From the NCBI RefSeq assembly GCF_000372725.1, contig NW_005201412.1, positions 201,643 through 265,642 of the forward strand: 64,000 bases of DNA. Reading direction: 5' to 3'. The translations under genes and the position numbers were made by a program. Below are positions 34,982 to 47,419 of the stretch, in pieces. The number at the start of each line of letters is the position of its first letter. Position 1 is the stretch's first letter. The stretch comes from Emiliania huxleyi CCMP1516. Taxonomy: Eukaryota. Below the pieces are notes generated by a model, which was not told the origin of the DNA, ran no database searches, and saw nothing but the letters and a program-made list of their open reading frames with translations.

Positions 34982-35904
34982 CGCCGCTCGCGGCGGTCCT
35001 ATTCCCAGCTCCGCTGAGGGCCCACGCGTTATTATTTATTCATTAAGCCCAGCACCCGCTTCTCGTACTGCGCGCTCACCCGCTGCTGCCGCTCCTACAA
35101 AGACAACCACACGCGTGAGCCTAGGGAGCGGCGTGCTCTGCCCGCACCGCCGCACCGTCGCGCGCCTTGCCTTGGAAGCTGCCTGCCTGGAGCCACACCT
35201 GGAACTTGCCGTGGTGCTCGGCGTCGTTTGTGTAGTCCTTGCGTTGCGGCATCGATGCTACCGACAAAGAGCCCGCTGGGGGCTCCCTTGCGATTGCCTC
35301 GGTGCCCCGCCAGCGTGCTTTTGTCATCATGCTGTCGTGCCTCTCCGCAGCCGCCGCGCTTCCGCGGCCTCCGCCGCGGAAGGTGGCCCGCGCCTTCGCG
35401 AATCCCGTCTTGCGGCTTTTGCGGGATGTCCACCGCTTGGCCTCATTGCGGGGGCGGCCACCGGGCCGTGCTGTGGCCGCCCCCGTAGCTCGCGAAGCTG
35501 CGAACCGGGCTGCGTCCGCTGCCGCGCCGGCGCGCCGCGACCGTCGGCCCGCGGACTCGGTTTTTCGCGGCCTGCGCCGGAGAGTTGGCGGTCGTGCGCT
35601 GGGTGGTAATCGTCATCTGTCTGCTCTGCTGTGCTTCTCGCTCGTGCGTCCTTGGGAAGTTTGGCATACTTCGTTTCGCCTCCTGCTCTCCTATGCCACG
35701 TGGCTGTGTGTGTTTGGGTTTCTATGTTTGCAATTTGGATTTTGGATTTTCGACGATTTATTTATTTAGGGCTGGGTCGAGGACAGACACGACACACGTC
35801 CCCACCTTTGCAGGATTTTGCAAAAGCGAGGGGGGAGGGCGCATCGCCGCGCGGAGAGGGCTGGGCACAGGGCACAGGGGATCTCTCTCGCATAGGATAC
35901 TCAT

Positions 35905-36530
35905 GAAAGAAAGAAAACGGACAACCCAAGGGATAGAAAGAAAACAGACAACCCAAACGAGGGATAGGGGAGGAGGACAGGGTCCACACCTGCACGAGCA
36001 GGATTTTGGAAGGACGATCAGGGGGACAGGTGGGCTCTCCTGCTCCTGACAAGGGAGACGACAGGCTCGCAGCGCGGTGCACGGTGGAATCCCAACTCCA
36101 CTGGCGGTCTCATCTCAGTCTATGGGTTACTCATCTCAGTGTATCGCGCGCGAGATTCTTTTTGCCAGTGCGCGCCAGTCCCGTGCCCATAAATAAATAA
36201 ATACAACGGACACGCCAAACGAGGGGTGGGAGAAGGACAGGGTCCCCACCTCGCACCTGCACGAGCAGGATCTTGTAAGGACGATCAGGGACACCGGGGA
36301 ACGGGAGCGGGGAGCGCATCGCGACACGGAGGGGGGCTGGGCAGGGTTCACCCTCACGACAGGGTCCCAGGGATTCCTCTCTCGTATAGGACAGGTTGCA
36401 CCCGGCGGCACGGGGGCAAGCGCGGGCCTCCTACTGGTTGCGCTCTCCTAGTTCTCCTGCTCCTGACAAGGGACAGCGACAGGCTCGCAGCACGGTGGAC
36501 TCCCTATCCACTGGCGATCTCTCTCGACTA
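35905..36530 (-). mobile_element. Two adjacent family B retroposon fragments (one TTTC-tailed, one TTTA-tailed)
   Basis: 35905-36116 and 36191-36530 share the core blocks seen in 33134-33322. Confidence 0.8.
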
Positions 36531-36704
36531 GCGACCTTCCTCCGACTTCTCACCGGCAGTCTCTTCTACCACAGGCAGACTGACACGTGGGTGGCAGTGG
36601 CGGTGATAGGAGTCTCCCACTCTGTGGGCCTCGCTAGAAGTGCGACCCCTGCGCGTGTCCTCGCCCTTGATGGGGAAGGGGCTGTGTGTCTGTGCATGTG
36701 TACA

Positions 36705-36707
<3 letters not shown>

Positions 36708-36767
<60 letters not shown>
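36708..36767. repeat. (TG)30 microsatellite
   Basis: Directly visible. Confidence 0.97.
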
Positions 36768-36769
<2 letters not shown>

Positions 36770-36880
36770 CGCTCGCTCGCTCTCGCGCGCCGCTTGCGCG
36801 ATCGCGCGCGCGCGCTGCGCGAGCCGCCCTGCCCGCTGCGCTGCCAGGGATGCGCTGCGGGAAGGGCTCGGCGGCCGTTC

Positions 36881-38302
36881 CTAGAGCTCCTCGTCGCTCC
36901 CCTCGTATAGCGAGGGCTCGTTGGACTCGAGGCGTGGACCGCCGTCGTAGGGGGAGCGTGCGGCTCCGCGGGCGACGCTCGCCCAGTCCTTCTTGTTGCT
37001 CTTGACCTCGCCGCCGCCGCCGCCGCGGCCGCGGCCGCCGCGCCCGCGCCGCCCGCGGCTTGTGCCCAGCCTGACCGCGCTCGGCATGCGCTCGTAGATA
37101 GTGTCCTTGAAGGCGGAGTGGAGGAGCGCCTCGAAGTTGACGCACGGCGCGTAGCGGCAGCGAGCGGCGGTCTTGCACGGGAGGGCGGTCTGGTTGAAGG
37201 CCGGGCAGAAGCCGATCCCGTCGCGCGCCGCCATCGCCTTGACCTTGCCCGCCGCGCGCGCGACCTCGACCTTGTTGTCGACGATGAGGCTCTCGAAGGT
37301 CTTCTTCTTGGCGACGTTCGCCGCTGCGGCGCGCCTCTCCTTGAGCGCCTGCGCGGCGCACTGCGCGTCGTGGATGATGTCGGCGTTGGTCAACCCAAAT
37401 GCGCGGCAGGAGGGGCAGAGTTTGTTGCCGAGGACCTTGACGCACCCGACGTCGAGGCGGAGGGGTCCGCCGACATCGCCGCTCGCGTAGACGTTGGGCA
37501 GGACCGGGAGGTTGCAGACGAGGTTCTCGTTCTTCACCTTGAAGAGGATCGAGCCGTCCTTCTCGTCCGACTTCGTGCCCAGGAAGGAGTGGTATCCCTC
37601 CTGGATGGAGACCATGTTGCCGAAGTGCTTCTCCAAGAGGGGGGCGAAGTGCTCGATCTGGGCCGCGGTGTCAATGGCGCCGCGCGTGCGTATGGCGAGG
37701 AGGCCTTCGGAGTCCGTGGTCGCCTGGGTCTCGCGCGCCTCCGCCTGCTTGCCCCACACGGTGGCGTCGAGAGCGGCGAAGGTGATGGTGATGTTGTCTG
37801 GCGCTGGGAGCTGTAGGACGCCACCGCCGGCGTACTGCTCGAGGAAGGCGCGTGCCTCGCTCTCGCCGCTGAAGGCGACGCAGATGGCGCGCGACGTGCC
37901 GATGATGGGCACGCTGATCGCGCTTGCCTGCTGCGCCTCGCCGCCTGGTGTCTTCTTGATCAATTGGCGCACCTCGGTGACGAGCGCCGTCTTGTTCTGG
38001 ATGTCCGGGATGTGCGAGCCGTCGCGCGCCGCGAGCGCGACGTGCAGCAGGCGCTTCGTGCCGCGGTCGGTGCCGGCGGCCGCCGCAGCGGCCATCTGTG
38101 CAGCGTCCACCATAATGGTGTCGCCTTCTTTGGCGTCGTCGTCGTTGACGCGCGCGCTCGCGAGCTCGCCGTCGAGGCGGCGCTTCACGCCGAGTCTCTG
38201 GCCATCATCGGCCTCTTGCGCGCCGTCGCGGCCGCGCGCCGCGCCCTCGGCAGCGGCAGCGTTGAGCACCGGCGGCGGCAGGCCGGCCGAAGCGAACGCC
38301 AT
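36881..38302 (-). CDS. Intronless LINE ORF1/Gag-like nucleic-acid-binding protein
   Basis: 473 aa; two RRM-like segments, CPSC-x11-H-x3-C knuckle, a second Cys cluster CPAFNQTALPCKTAARCRYAPC, RGG-rich tail. Confidence 0.65.
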   Translation of the reverse strand: MAFASAGLPPPVLNAAAAEGAARGRDGAQEADDGQRLGVKRRLDGELASARVNDDDAKEGDTIMVDAAQMAAAAAAGTDRGTKRLLHVALAARDGSHIPDIQNKTALVTEVRQLIKKTPGGEAQQASAISVPIIGTSRAICVAFSGESEARAFLEQYAGGGVLQLPAPDNITITFAALDATVWGKQAEARETQATTDSEGLLAIRTRGAIDTAAQIEHFAPLLEKHFGNMVSIQEGYHSFLGTKSDEKDGSILFKVKNENLVCNLPVLPNVYASGDVGGPLRLDVGCVKVLGNKLCPSCRAFGLTNADIIHDAQCAAQALKERRAAAANVAKKKTFESLIVDNKVEVARAAGKVKAMAARDGIGFCPAFNQTALPCKTAARCRYAPCVNFEALLHSAFKDTIYERMPSAVRLGTSRGRRGRGGRGRGGGGGEVKSNKKDWASVARGAARSPYDGGPRLESNEPSLYEGSDEEL

Positions 38303-38842
38303 TCAAGTGAAGCGCCGTTCAAAGGATCCTCTGCCCAGTGTTGTGCGCGGCCGGCTCGTAAAATTCTTTTTGCCCTGGGGGCGGTCATGGCGGGTTGAGC
38401 CGAACCATGGACCGCTTGACACCTGTCGACGAGCGCAGACCAGCTCTCGTGACCCTGCTGGAGCAGGTTGTCGCATGGCCTCGCAACTGGAGGCTGGAGC
38501 CAGGGACGCCGAGCGAGGTAATTGTGCTCTACGAGATTGTGGGCACGCCAGTGGCGCGTGGCCTGCAGCTGATTTTCTCGTGGTCGCGTCACGGGGCGCA
38601 TTTGCGCCGATGGCTCGGCCGCGCGCGCATCCGGCAGCTTTCACGGCTACTGGTCCTGTGGCTGCTCTCGCAGCGAAGGGTGCTTGAGCGTGCGCTCATC
38701 GAGCGAGTCGTGCGAGGGGCAGGGCTCTTCTTTGGTCATGCGAGAGACTCTTTGATCCTGTGAGGTGGCGCGCGCTCCAGGGGCTGGAGAGTCTCACGAG
38801 CTCGCCTCGCTCGTATGTTGCTTAGCTTGCGCGCGAGACAGG

Positions 38843-38879
<37 letters not shown>

Positions 38880-39274
38880 CACGGCCCCGGCAAAGTCACA
38901 GCTGATCAGTCGCCGTCGCGCGACCAAACCCGGCGAAACCGACGTTTGTGATTGCACAGTTTTTCTCGCGCCTCTAGAGAGAACACGACGACGGCCGCCA
39001 GAGACTGCCGATCGCTGCCACTTCGAACACCAAGGCCCCCTCACAGTCGCACTCTGCTGTTCTGCTCGGAAACCAACCCCGTCCTAGAGCTAGACGAGTA
39101 CATACAGCTAAACCATAGGCTAAAGAGCACTCTCTCTCTCCAAAGAAAGAGTACCCGGGGCTCCGTGTGAGGGCGGCCCGTGAACATCTTTAGCCTGTGT
39201 GAGCCAGGAAAAGGGTTGCTATGAAATCTCGCACCGTTTTTCTTCCTCCGGCGCAGGAGCGCTGTGGCGACGGG

Positions 39275-42200
39275 ATGGACCAGCCGATTAGCGCAGCAGA
39301 CGTGGCGTCTGTCTACCTCCGCCCGCCATCGTCCGGCGCAAAGCGCCAGAAGCAGGCGTCGCCTCTTGATCTCGGCCCAATTCTAACTGCAGCCAAGCGG
39401 CTGGCCAAGTCGGAGGAGACGGCAACGCGCAAGGCGCTCGGTGCAAACCCCAACGACGAGCTGCGCCCAGACGGACAGAGGACTGGGCTGCGCAACCTGG
39501 GCGCGACCTGCTACATGAACTCGCTCGTCCAGAGCCTCTTCATGACGCACGCCTTCCGGGCCGGCATCTACTCTTGGAGCAGCACTGCAGCTGCAGAGGC
39601 GGACGGCGAGGCAGCCTCGGCCGCGCAGCCGGCCGCGGCGATCGCTGACAACGTCTGCTTCGAGCTGCAGCGGCTCTTTGTGGCTCTGCACCATTCCGAG
39701 GCCACGTCGTACGACCCCACTGCGCTGACGGACGCGCTCTCGCTCGACACGAGCGTGCAGCAGGACGCGCAGGAGTTCAACAAGCTGCTGCTCTCTCTGA
39801 TCGAGACGCACCTGCGCCGCTCGCCCGAGCCCGCGCTGCAGTCCCTCGTCCAAAGCACCTTCCGAGGCGAGCCCCCGCGCCTCGCGGCACCAACCTCGAG
39901 GCCACCGCACCTGGAGTCGAGACCTGTCACCTGGAGTCGAGACCTGTCACCACGCTCCCGACCAGGCGAGTCGTGCTACCGCACCGTCTGCGCGCGCTGC
40001 GAGCGGCCCTTCGCCTCCTCGGCGACGCGCCACCCCCTCTACGAGCTCGAGCTCCGCCTCAAGCCGAGCGGCGGCACGGCGCTGCAGGAGAGCCTGCTCG
40101 AGTACGTCTGCAAGGAGGAGCTCGAGGGGGTCGAGTGCGGCCACTGCTCCTCCAGGCAGAATGCGACACGCAACATCTGCCTCGCCTCCCTCCCTCCCGT
40201 CCTGTCGCTGCAGCTGCTCCGCTTCGTGTACGACATGTCCACCGGGGGGAAGAAGAAGGCGAGCCTGCACACCTTAGCCTGCACACCGAGAGCTGCAGCG
40301 CCCTCCCTAGCCCTCGGGTGGAGGCGCGCGAGCAGCAAGGCGTGCAGGAGCGGTGATCCGCCGCCCGCCGCTGCAGGTGCACTCCCCGGTCGAGTTCCCC
40401 GAGGAGCTGAGCATCTCTGGTGGGCTGCTCGGGGAGGGGTCCCCACTCGCGGGGGGGGGCGGGGCGGGGGAGCAGGTGGGGGAGGAGGCGGGGGAGCAGG
40501 CGGGGGAGCAGGCGGCCGGCACCTACCTGCTCACTGCGGTGCTGATGCACACGGGGCCGTCCGCCTCGTCGGGCCACTACACGGCGCGGATCCGCGACCC
40601 GTACGGCGACGGGCAGCGCGGCGACGGTCCGCGGTCCGCAGGGCGGTGGTGGAGCTGCAACGACGAGTGCGTCAGCGAGGAGGGGTGGGGCGAGCCGAGC
40701 GGCGCGGCGCGGCAGAGCGGCGTCACTCTCCTCAGGCGGTCCGCAGCGGGCGGGGGGCGGCTCTTCGCCTCGAAGACGGCGTACATGCTCCAGTACACGC
40801 GCCGCTCCGAGCTCGACGAGGCGAGGGCCGCCGGCCCGCCGCAGGCGCCGCAGGCGGTGCTCTCGGCGCTGCGCGAAGCCAACGCGGCGCTGCGGGCGCG
40901 CGCGAGGCAGTACGACGACGACGTCGCCGCGGTGGAGGCCAAGGTGAGGAGCCGCGACGAGTACCTCGCCGCCCTCTCGCCGCTGCTCCAGGCCGCGTCC
41001 CCGGCCGCCCGCTCGCTCCCCGACGCGAGGTGGGTGCCCGCCTCGTGGCTGCGCTCCTCCCTCGCGCTGCTGCGCGAGGCGGAGGTCGGCCCGGTCCCGA
41101 ACGGCGAGATCCGGTGCGAGCACGGCAAGGCCGACCCGGCCAAGCTCGGCGAGATGCGACTCGTCTCTCCGGCGGCCTGGCGGCGGATGGTGAGGCGCTG
41201 TGGCAGCGGGGCAGGGCACGCCGACTGCGGCTGAGCCGCCCCGGCGATACACGCGTAGGTGGAGCGGTTTGGCGGCGGGCCAGAGCTCGACACTGCGGGG
41301 TGCGCCGTCTGCGTGCGCGCCGCTCTGCGCACGCGCCGCACCGCCGACCGCACCGCGCAGCTCAAGGAGGCGCTTGGCCAGGCGACGCGTAGCCGAGAGA
41401 GCCGAGAGACCGAGGCAAACCAGGCCCACTCTGCCGGCGAGGCTCGAGGCGTGCGCACGGTATGGCGGCGAGGTCGCCGTGGTTGCTGCATGCGAAGAGA
41501 GAGTTATGCCGTGGTTGCCGCCAGGCGCTCTCGAGCCCGCCCAGCGAGGAGGAGGAGGCGTTCCTCGTGCCGAAGGCCTTCCGCGCAAAGTGGGCAAAGT
41601 GGCGCAACGAGGGGGTCGCGGACGCGACGGGCGAGCTGCGCTGCAAGCACGGCGGCTGGCTGGTGGACGGGGCGAGATGCATCTCTGCGGCCGCATGGTC
41701 GCACACAGAGGCGTGCCCCGCCCCCGAGGAGGCTGCCGCGCGAGAAACTGTCTCCTCCCAGCGCCTTCTCGAGCCCTCCCCGCAGGCCCTCTTCCCCGAC
41801 TCGACGCCGTATCTCCCCATGTCTCCCCATATCTCCCCGCAGGCCCTCTTCCCCGACTCGACGCCGTATCTCCCCATGTCTCCCCATATCTCCCCGCAGG
41901 CCCTCTTCCCCGACTCGACGCCGCTGCCGCGCGAGAGCACTAGCGCGTGCGCCGCCTGCTCCGCCGAGCGAAGGTCGCTGCTCGAGGGAGCCAAGGGCAA
42001 CGCGGCGCTCCGCGCGGCGCAGCGGCAGCAGCTCGGTCCGTTCCGGTGCAGAGAATGGTGCGACTCGCGTCAAAGGCTTGAGACCCGCCTGCCCTCCCCC
42101 CCCAGGCCGGCTGCTGGCCGAGGAGGAGCTGCCTGCTGAGGTGCTGTCGGCGGGGTCGCCGCTCTACTTGCTCGACGCGGCGTGGGTGCAGGAGTGGCGG

Positions 42201-43189
42201 CGCTTCCTTCTCGCAAAGGCGCGGCCGCAGCAGCCCGTGCCGCGCGACTCGCCGCCGTCACGCGTCCTCCTCGTCTCGCAGACGCAGACGCAGCTCCACC
42301 CAGGCCCTCCCTCCTCCGCGGGGCTGCGCTGCGAGGCGCGCGGCGGGAGGAGCGGCGGCAGGCTTCGCTCCTCCAGCTCTCCTAACCCGCCCCTCGCTCG
42401 TCGCCTCGCCAGGCACACGGCTGTGTCGAGGTGCGGCCGGGGCACGCACACGCGCGGTGGCGCCCCTCCCGCGGCGCCAGCGCCGCCGAGCGCGCCGTCT
42501 CGGAGCGGCTCGCCACGCGCTGCTGCCTCGCGACGGCGGCCGAGGTGGAGGTGCTCTGTGGCGCGCTGGCGGCGGGCGCCCCTCCGGAGGAGCTCGAGCT
42601 CGTCGCTCTCACGGCGGGCGGCGACGACCCGCCCACGCTCGCCCCCGGCACGCTGCTCTGCGCCGGCTGCTGCGAGGCGGCCGAGGCGAAGGAGCGAGCC
42701 GCGTTGGCCGACTTCGAGGACGCCGAGGTCCATCTCACGCTCCGCACCGAGCCCGCCGGCGCCGCAAAGAGCCGCGATGAGGCGGTCGCCGCGGGCGAGG
42801 CCGCCGCCGCCGCCTCGGCTGCCGGCCTGAGCACAGGGCGGCCGCGCCGCGTCTGCCGCAACGGGCCGCGCTCTGTCGTCAAGGTTGGCAGCGGCACGAC
42901 GCTCAACTCGCTAAAGCTGCTCATCTACCAGGCGACCGAGGCGACCCCCTCCCAGCAGCGGCTGGTGTTCGACGGCCTCGACTTCACCGACAGAGACGCA
43001 GAGACCACCGTCGGCGCGCTCGGCATCGTGCCCGCCTCGACGATCGAGGTCTTCGTCGACAAGTCGCAGCCCGACGGCCTCGCGGAGGCGCTCGAGCGGC
43101 AGGTCGAGCAGACAGGAACCAAGCGGGGCGCGCCCGAGGGCGGATTCCTCGGCTCGGCTCTGCTTGGCGCGGGTCTCCCTGTGATGTGA
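39275..43189 (+). CDS. Ubiquitin-specific protease, USP48/UBP26-like, multi-exon
   Basis: GLRNLGATCYMNS, QQDAQEF, LQLLRFVYD, YLLTAVLMHTGPSASSGHY, CNDE; repeated DUSP-like C.HG motifs; C-terminal ubiquitin-like domain and EGGFLGSAL. Confidence 0.92.
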
Positions 43190-43665
43190 GAACTTTGTAC
43201 TCTAGTGAGACTCTACGCGTTGCATAATGAGAGCGGTGAGAGCTGTGTGAGCAGAGAGAGTCGAGGCGCCGTGGTGGCGGGGGTGTCGCAAGAGTGGTGT
43301 CGCGAGGGCTGAGACCTTCGCACAGTTTGGAAATAGTACGACGCATGACACGACGTGTGGTAACTGGTATATGCAAGGCTGCACCCCTGCGCGTGCTGCC
43401 AGTGCTCCTGCGCGCGCGGCGGCCCGAGCGCCGCGCCCGACCCCGAGCCCTCGCGCTCGGGGGTGGAGTCTGGAGTGCCCCCCCGCCCCCCCGCGGTCCC
43501 CGGTCCGGTTCCGGCGTGGCCCAGCGCCCACAGCCGCGCAGCAGCAGTAGTAGGACTCTAGAGATACGCGTGCACACAGAGCCCCACACCACACAGTGTA
43601 CGTTAAGGTCCGTTGACCGTCTAAGGCGCGCTCACCAGGTGTCTTCCCTACCGCCGCCCGAATAG

Positions 43666-46196
43666 CTAGAGCCCTCTCCTCACCGCCTCCTCCACCTCCG
43701 CCACCGCCTTCGGCGCGCGCGTCGTCAGTACACGCGCGGCGCCGTCGCTGCCGATGACGATGTCGTCCTCGATGCGCACGCCGATGCCGCGGCACCACGC
43801 CGGCAGCTGCGGGTCGTCGGGTGGGAAGTACAGCCCCGGCTCCACAGTCAGCGCCTGGGGCCAGAGAGGGGCGGCCGCGTGAGGAGACTGAGGCAGACGA
43901 GGCCGCCGAACCGCTCGAGTGGGTGCGGCGCCATGCCAGGCAGCAGTGGCTGCGACTGCGACGCGAGCGGCGTGTCGTGCACGTCGAGGCCCAAGTAGTG
44001 GCCTGCGCGGAGCGCTGAGAGTGGGCGGGGGCGGGGCGGGGGGCGGGGCGGGGCGAGACGAGACGAGACGAGACGAGTGGTGCGGTAGTAGCGAGGGGAG
44101 AGGTGGGTGGCGTGGCCTATGTTGTGCGGGTAGTAGCGCGAGACGCGGTGCGCCTCGCCGGGGCCGAGGACGCCTACTCGCGGCGGGCGGTGTGAGACGG
44201 CACTCTCCACGGGCGTGAACCTCGCGATGCGCCGAGAATGCCCAGCTGCACGAGCGCCTGGGGGGGTGGGGGGGGGGGGGGAGGTGCAGCCGGGGTACCT
44301 CCTCGGCTGCCTCTCGGCTGTATCTCTGCGTGAGCCCGAGGGAGATCTACATCTCGAGGGAGATCTGTATCTCTGCGTGAGGCCGAGGGAGATATACATC
44401 TCGAGGGAGATATATATCTCTGCGTGAGGCCGAGGGAGAGGCAAGAAGCTGCTCGCTGCTACTGCCGCTGCTGCTACCGCCAGCCTCGTGCGTGAGCCGG
44501 AGGGAGAGGTGGTGCAGCGACGCGATCGACGTGCCTCCGTCCCCCTTTGCTGCGGCGATGCAAGCCTCGTTCACGCTCAGCACGGCCGAGTAGACGTCTC
44601 TCTGCTCGGGCGTGAAAGTGCCCGACAAGGGCCACGTGCGGGTGATGTCGGCGGAGTACCCGCCGAAGGAGCCTCCCGCGTCCATCAGAAGGAGGTCGCC
44701 TGCCCGAGGTTGCCCGAGGTCGCCCGAGGTTGCCCGAGGTCGCCCGAGGTTGCCCGAGGTCGCCCGAGGTTGCCCGAGGTCGCCCGAGGTTGCCCGAGGT
44801 TGCCCGAGGTTGCCCGCGTCGGCCAGCAGCAGCTCACCTGGCGACAGCAGCGCATTGTTGTGCATGTAGTGCAGCGTGCACGCGCGCACCCCCGAGGCGA
44901 CAACGCACGGGTAGGCGAGCCGCCCGCAGCCGCGCAGCCTCGTCTCGTACTCGAACCGCGCCGCGAGCAGCGCCTCGGTTGCGCCGCCCCTCGCCGCCGC
45001 CGCCGCCGACGCCGCCATCGTCTCGAGAAACGCCTCCGCCGTCGCGTCTGCCGCGCGCGCCATCAGGGCGGCCTCAGCGTCCGACTTGAGGAGGCGGAGG
45101 GGCTGCACGTGCGCCGCGGCGCGCGTCACGCGCAGCTGCCGCTCCTTGCACCACTCCAGCACCTGGGGGGGAGGGAGGAGTGCGGGTGCGGCTGTGCGGC
45201 TGTGCGGCGGGCGGCGGCGGTAAGCGGCGGCGGCGGCGGCGGCGGTGGCGCAGCGTTGGCGATGGGCAGCGATGGTGGTGGAGGACGGCTGTGGCGGAGC
45301 TGTGCTGGCGGAGCTGTGCTGGCGGGCTGGCGGGCGGGTGGTGCTGCTGTTTCACCGGCCGCAGCGCTGCGGTGAGTTGCGGGTTTCGGTCGACGTCGAA
45401 GAGGAGGCCGGGGCGTATGGCCGTATCTCCGCGACTGGCATCCATCGCGTCGAGGATGCGGAGGAGGGCGGTGGGGGCGGCGCCGATCTTGAGCACCTCG
45501 CCGTCGGGTAGGATGTGCCGCCTGGCGCCGTCGATGCCGGCGCGGGGTCCGTCCCACAGCGCCTGCGGGAGGAGAGGAGGAGAGGAGAGGGGGGAGGGTC
45601 TGGGCCGTCGGAGAAGCAGCCGCGAGGTGACTGTGTGTCCCAGATTTGGTGTCCCAGAGGCGTGGCTCGCTGCACGCCAGGCTCCTGCTGCTAGCAAGGC
45701 TCCTGGCCGTGCAACCTCCCCAACTCTCCCCTTCGACTCTCCCGGTGGAGATTCTCCCTCGCGCCTGCGCAGGGTCGGACGGCTCGACGAAGAGGAGCCA
45801 CTCCGCATCGTCCGGCGCATCCACGCCGCTGCCGGAGGACCTGCCGCCGTCTCCGCCGCCGCGCTTCACGCAGGCGAGCAGGCAGGATGGCTCTGCAAAG
45901 CCGCAGAGGTAGTGCAGGTCGGGCGCCTGCTGAAAGGGGTAGGGCACGTCGTGCGACATGTAGGCCAGCGGCGCCGGCGCGAAGAGGGCGACGCTGCCCC
46001 GAGGCAGCCGCGACGCCATCGCTGCACGCCGAGCTGCATACTCTGCGCCAGCGATGCCCGGCGTCACCTCGCCCGGGCGCACGAGGTGCGCATGCGTCTC
46101 GGCCGTCGGCTGCGCGATGGCGAGAGCGCAGCGCCGACGCGCGTGCCGCGCGTGTAGGTGAGGATTGACGACTCTGCGCGAAAGCCGCATGTGCAT
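43666..46196 (-). CDS. Xaa-Pro aminopeptidase (ICP55/XPNPEP3-like), multi-exon
   Basis: GEVTPGI, YMSHDVPYPFQQ, LWDGPRAG, LRLLKSDAE, TLHY, LLMDAG, YSADITRTWP, YYPHNIGHYLGLDVHD, EPGLY, GIGVRIEDD. Confidence 0.93.
44702..44817. repeat. 10-bp intronic tandem repeat (GCCCGAGGTY)n
   Basis: Directly visible. Confidence 0.95.
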
Positions 46197-46965
46197 GGTC
46201 CCGAGGTGGTCGAGTCCGCCAAGTGAGCGCCAAATAAGAAAACCGCACGGCAAGCGATCCCACGACAGCGATTGTGGGGACTACGTGCCCGCCACCCCGT
46301 CCCGCAGGCAGTCAAGGACGGCTTCGAGGCGGGCTTTGCTGTCCTCGCGGGTCGCGGCGTGAGGCGGGTGGCGGCCGCCGCCTCTGCCGCCGCCGTCTCT
46401 GCCTCCGCCGCCATCTGTGTCGCACGAAGCAAAGAGAATTTAAGGTGGAGCAAACCCTTGGCGCACGCATATCTTGGATGGCCGGCATGGGGCCTGAGGC
46501 GTCGCCCATGCTTGCCATGTGCGAGTAATGGTAGAATGCACTAATAGGCACGTCGCGCAAGGTCGGGATCGCAAGTTAGAGGGCCCAACAGGAGATCGTG
46601 CTTTCAGTGGGGTTGTTTGGTGTTGGGTTGGGTTGGTTGGGGGTTGGGTTGTCCGCGTGAGGTTGGGACGTCGGCGCGAAGGGTGAGGTCTCGACCGCCG
46701 CCGCTCACGCCAGCGGACGGCCACCATCGGTGTTTTTGGCTTCGCCACCGTCCAAAGCGTGCGCAATGCGCTCGCCGGCATCGAGCGAGCACGCCTGTCC
46801 GACGAGCGGCTTGCTGTGTGGACGCCTTCTTGTGGCTCTCGCCGAGAGCGTTTTGCGTCCCGGCGGGTGGGAGAATATGTGATAGGAACGAGTGTATCGC
46901 TTTGACGGATCGACCGTGCTTGTTATCCACATCGATGTGACGCACACAGTGACACATCAGACGAC

Positions 46966-47152
46966 AGAACGTCGGCTCGCGAGGTGGGGTGCTAGTATGA
47001 GCCCGACCCAGGTCGTAGTGTCTTGCTCCCAGCGCTTGCGCTTCGGCGGTTAGTGGTGCACTAACCTCCGAGAAACCCTGCGGGTCGCTCCTCATCGCAA
47101 ACCCTGTCAGCAGAGTCTCCTACGGGAATGTACGTAAGAGCTACATACACTG
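46966..47152. repeat. Dispersed repeat family A (inverted copy)
   Basis: Reverse complement of ~1031-1215. Confidence 0.85.
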
Positions 47153-47419
47153 GAAAAATCTCTCTCTCCCAAGACAAACAAGCAAAAAGCGATCCGACGA
47201 CAGGTAGAAGTTCCGGCCCCTACCCGGCGGGAACCCTGCGACGCCGGTTGGTCTTCGGCGTGTCGAGGGCGGGCGTGCAACGAGGCCTTGCCGCCATCGC
47301 GCAGCCGGGTTGCCGCGAAGGAATAAGAATTCCCTCTCTATGCTGCGGCGCTCTTCGCCCCCTTTGCCTTGCGCAATTTGTCTCCTGGCCCCGCGCAGCT
47401 GTTGTTCCCGCGCGGCAGC

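Noticed and set aside
41779..41922. CRISPR-like repeat-spacer pattern
   Set aside because: The spacers are identical, it is intronic, and there are no cas genes; it is a tandem duplication
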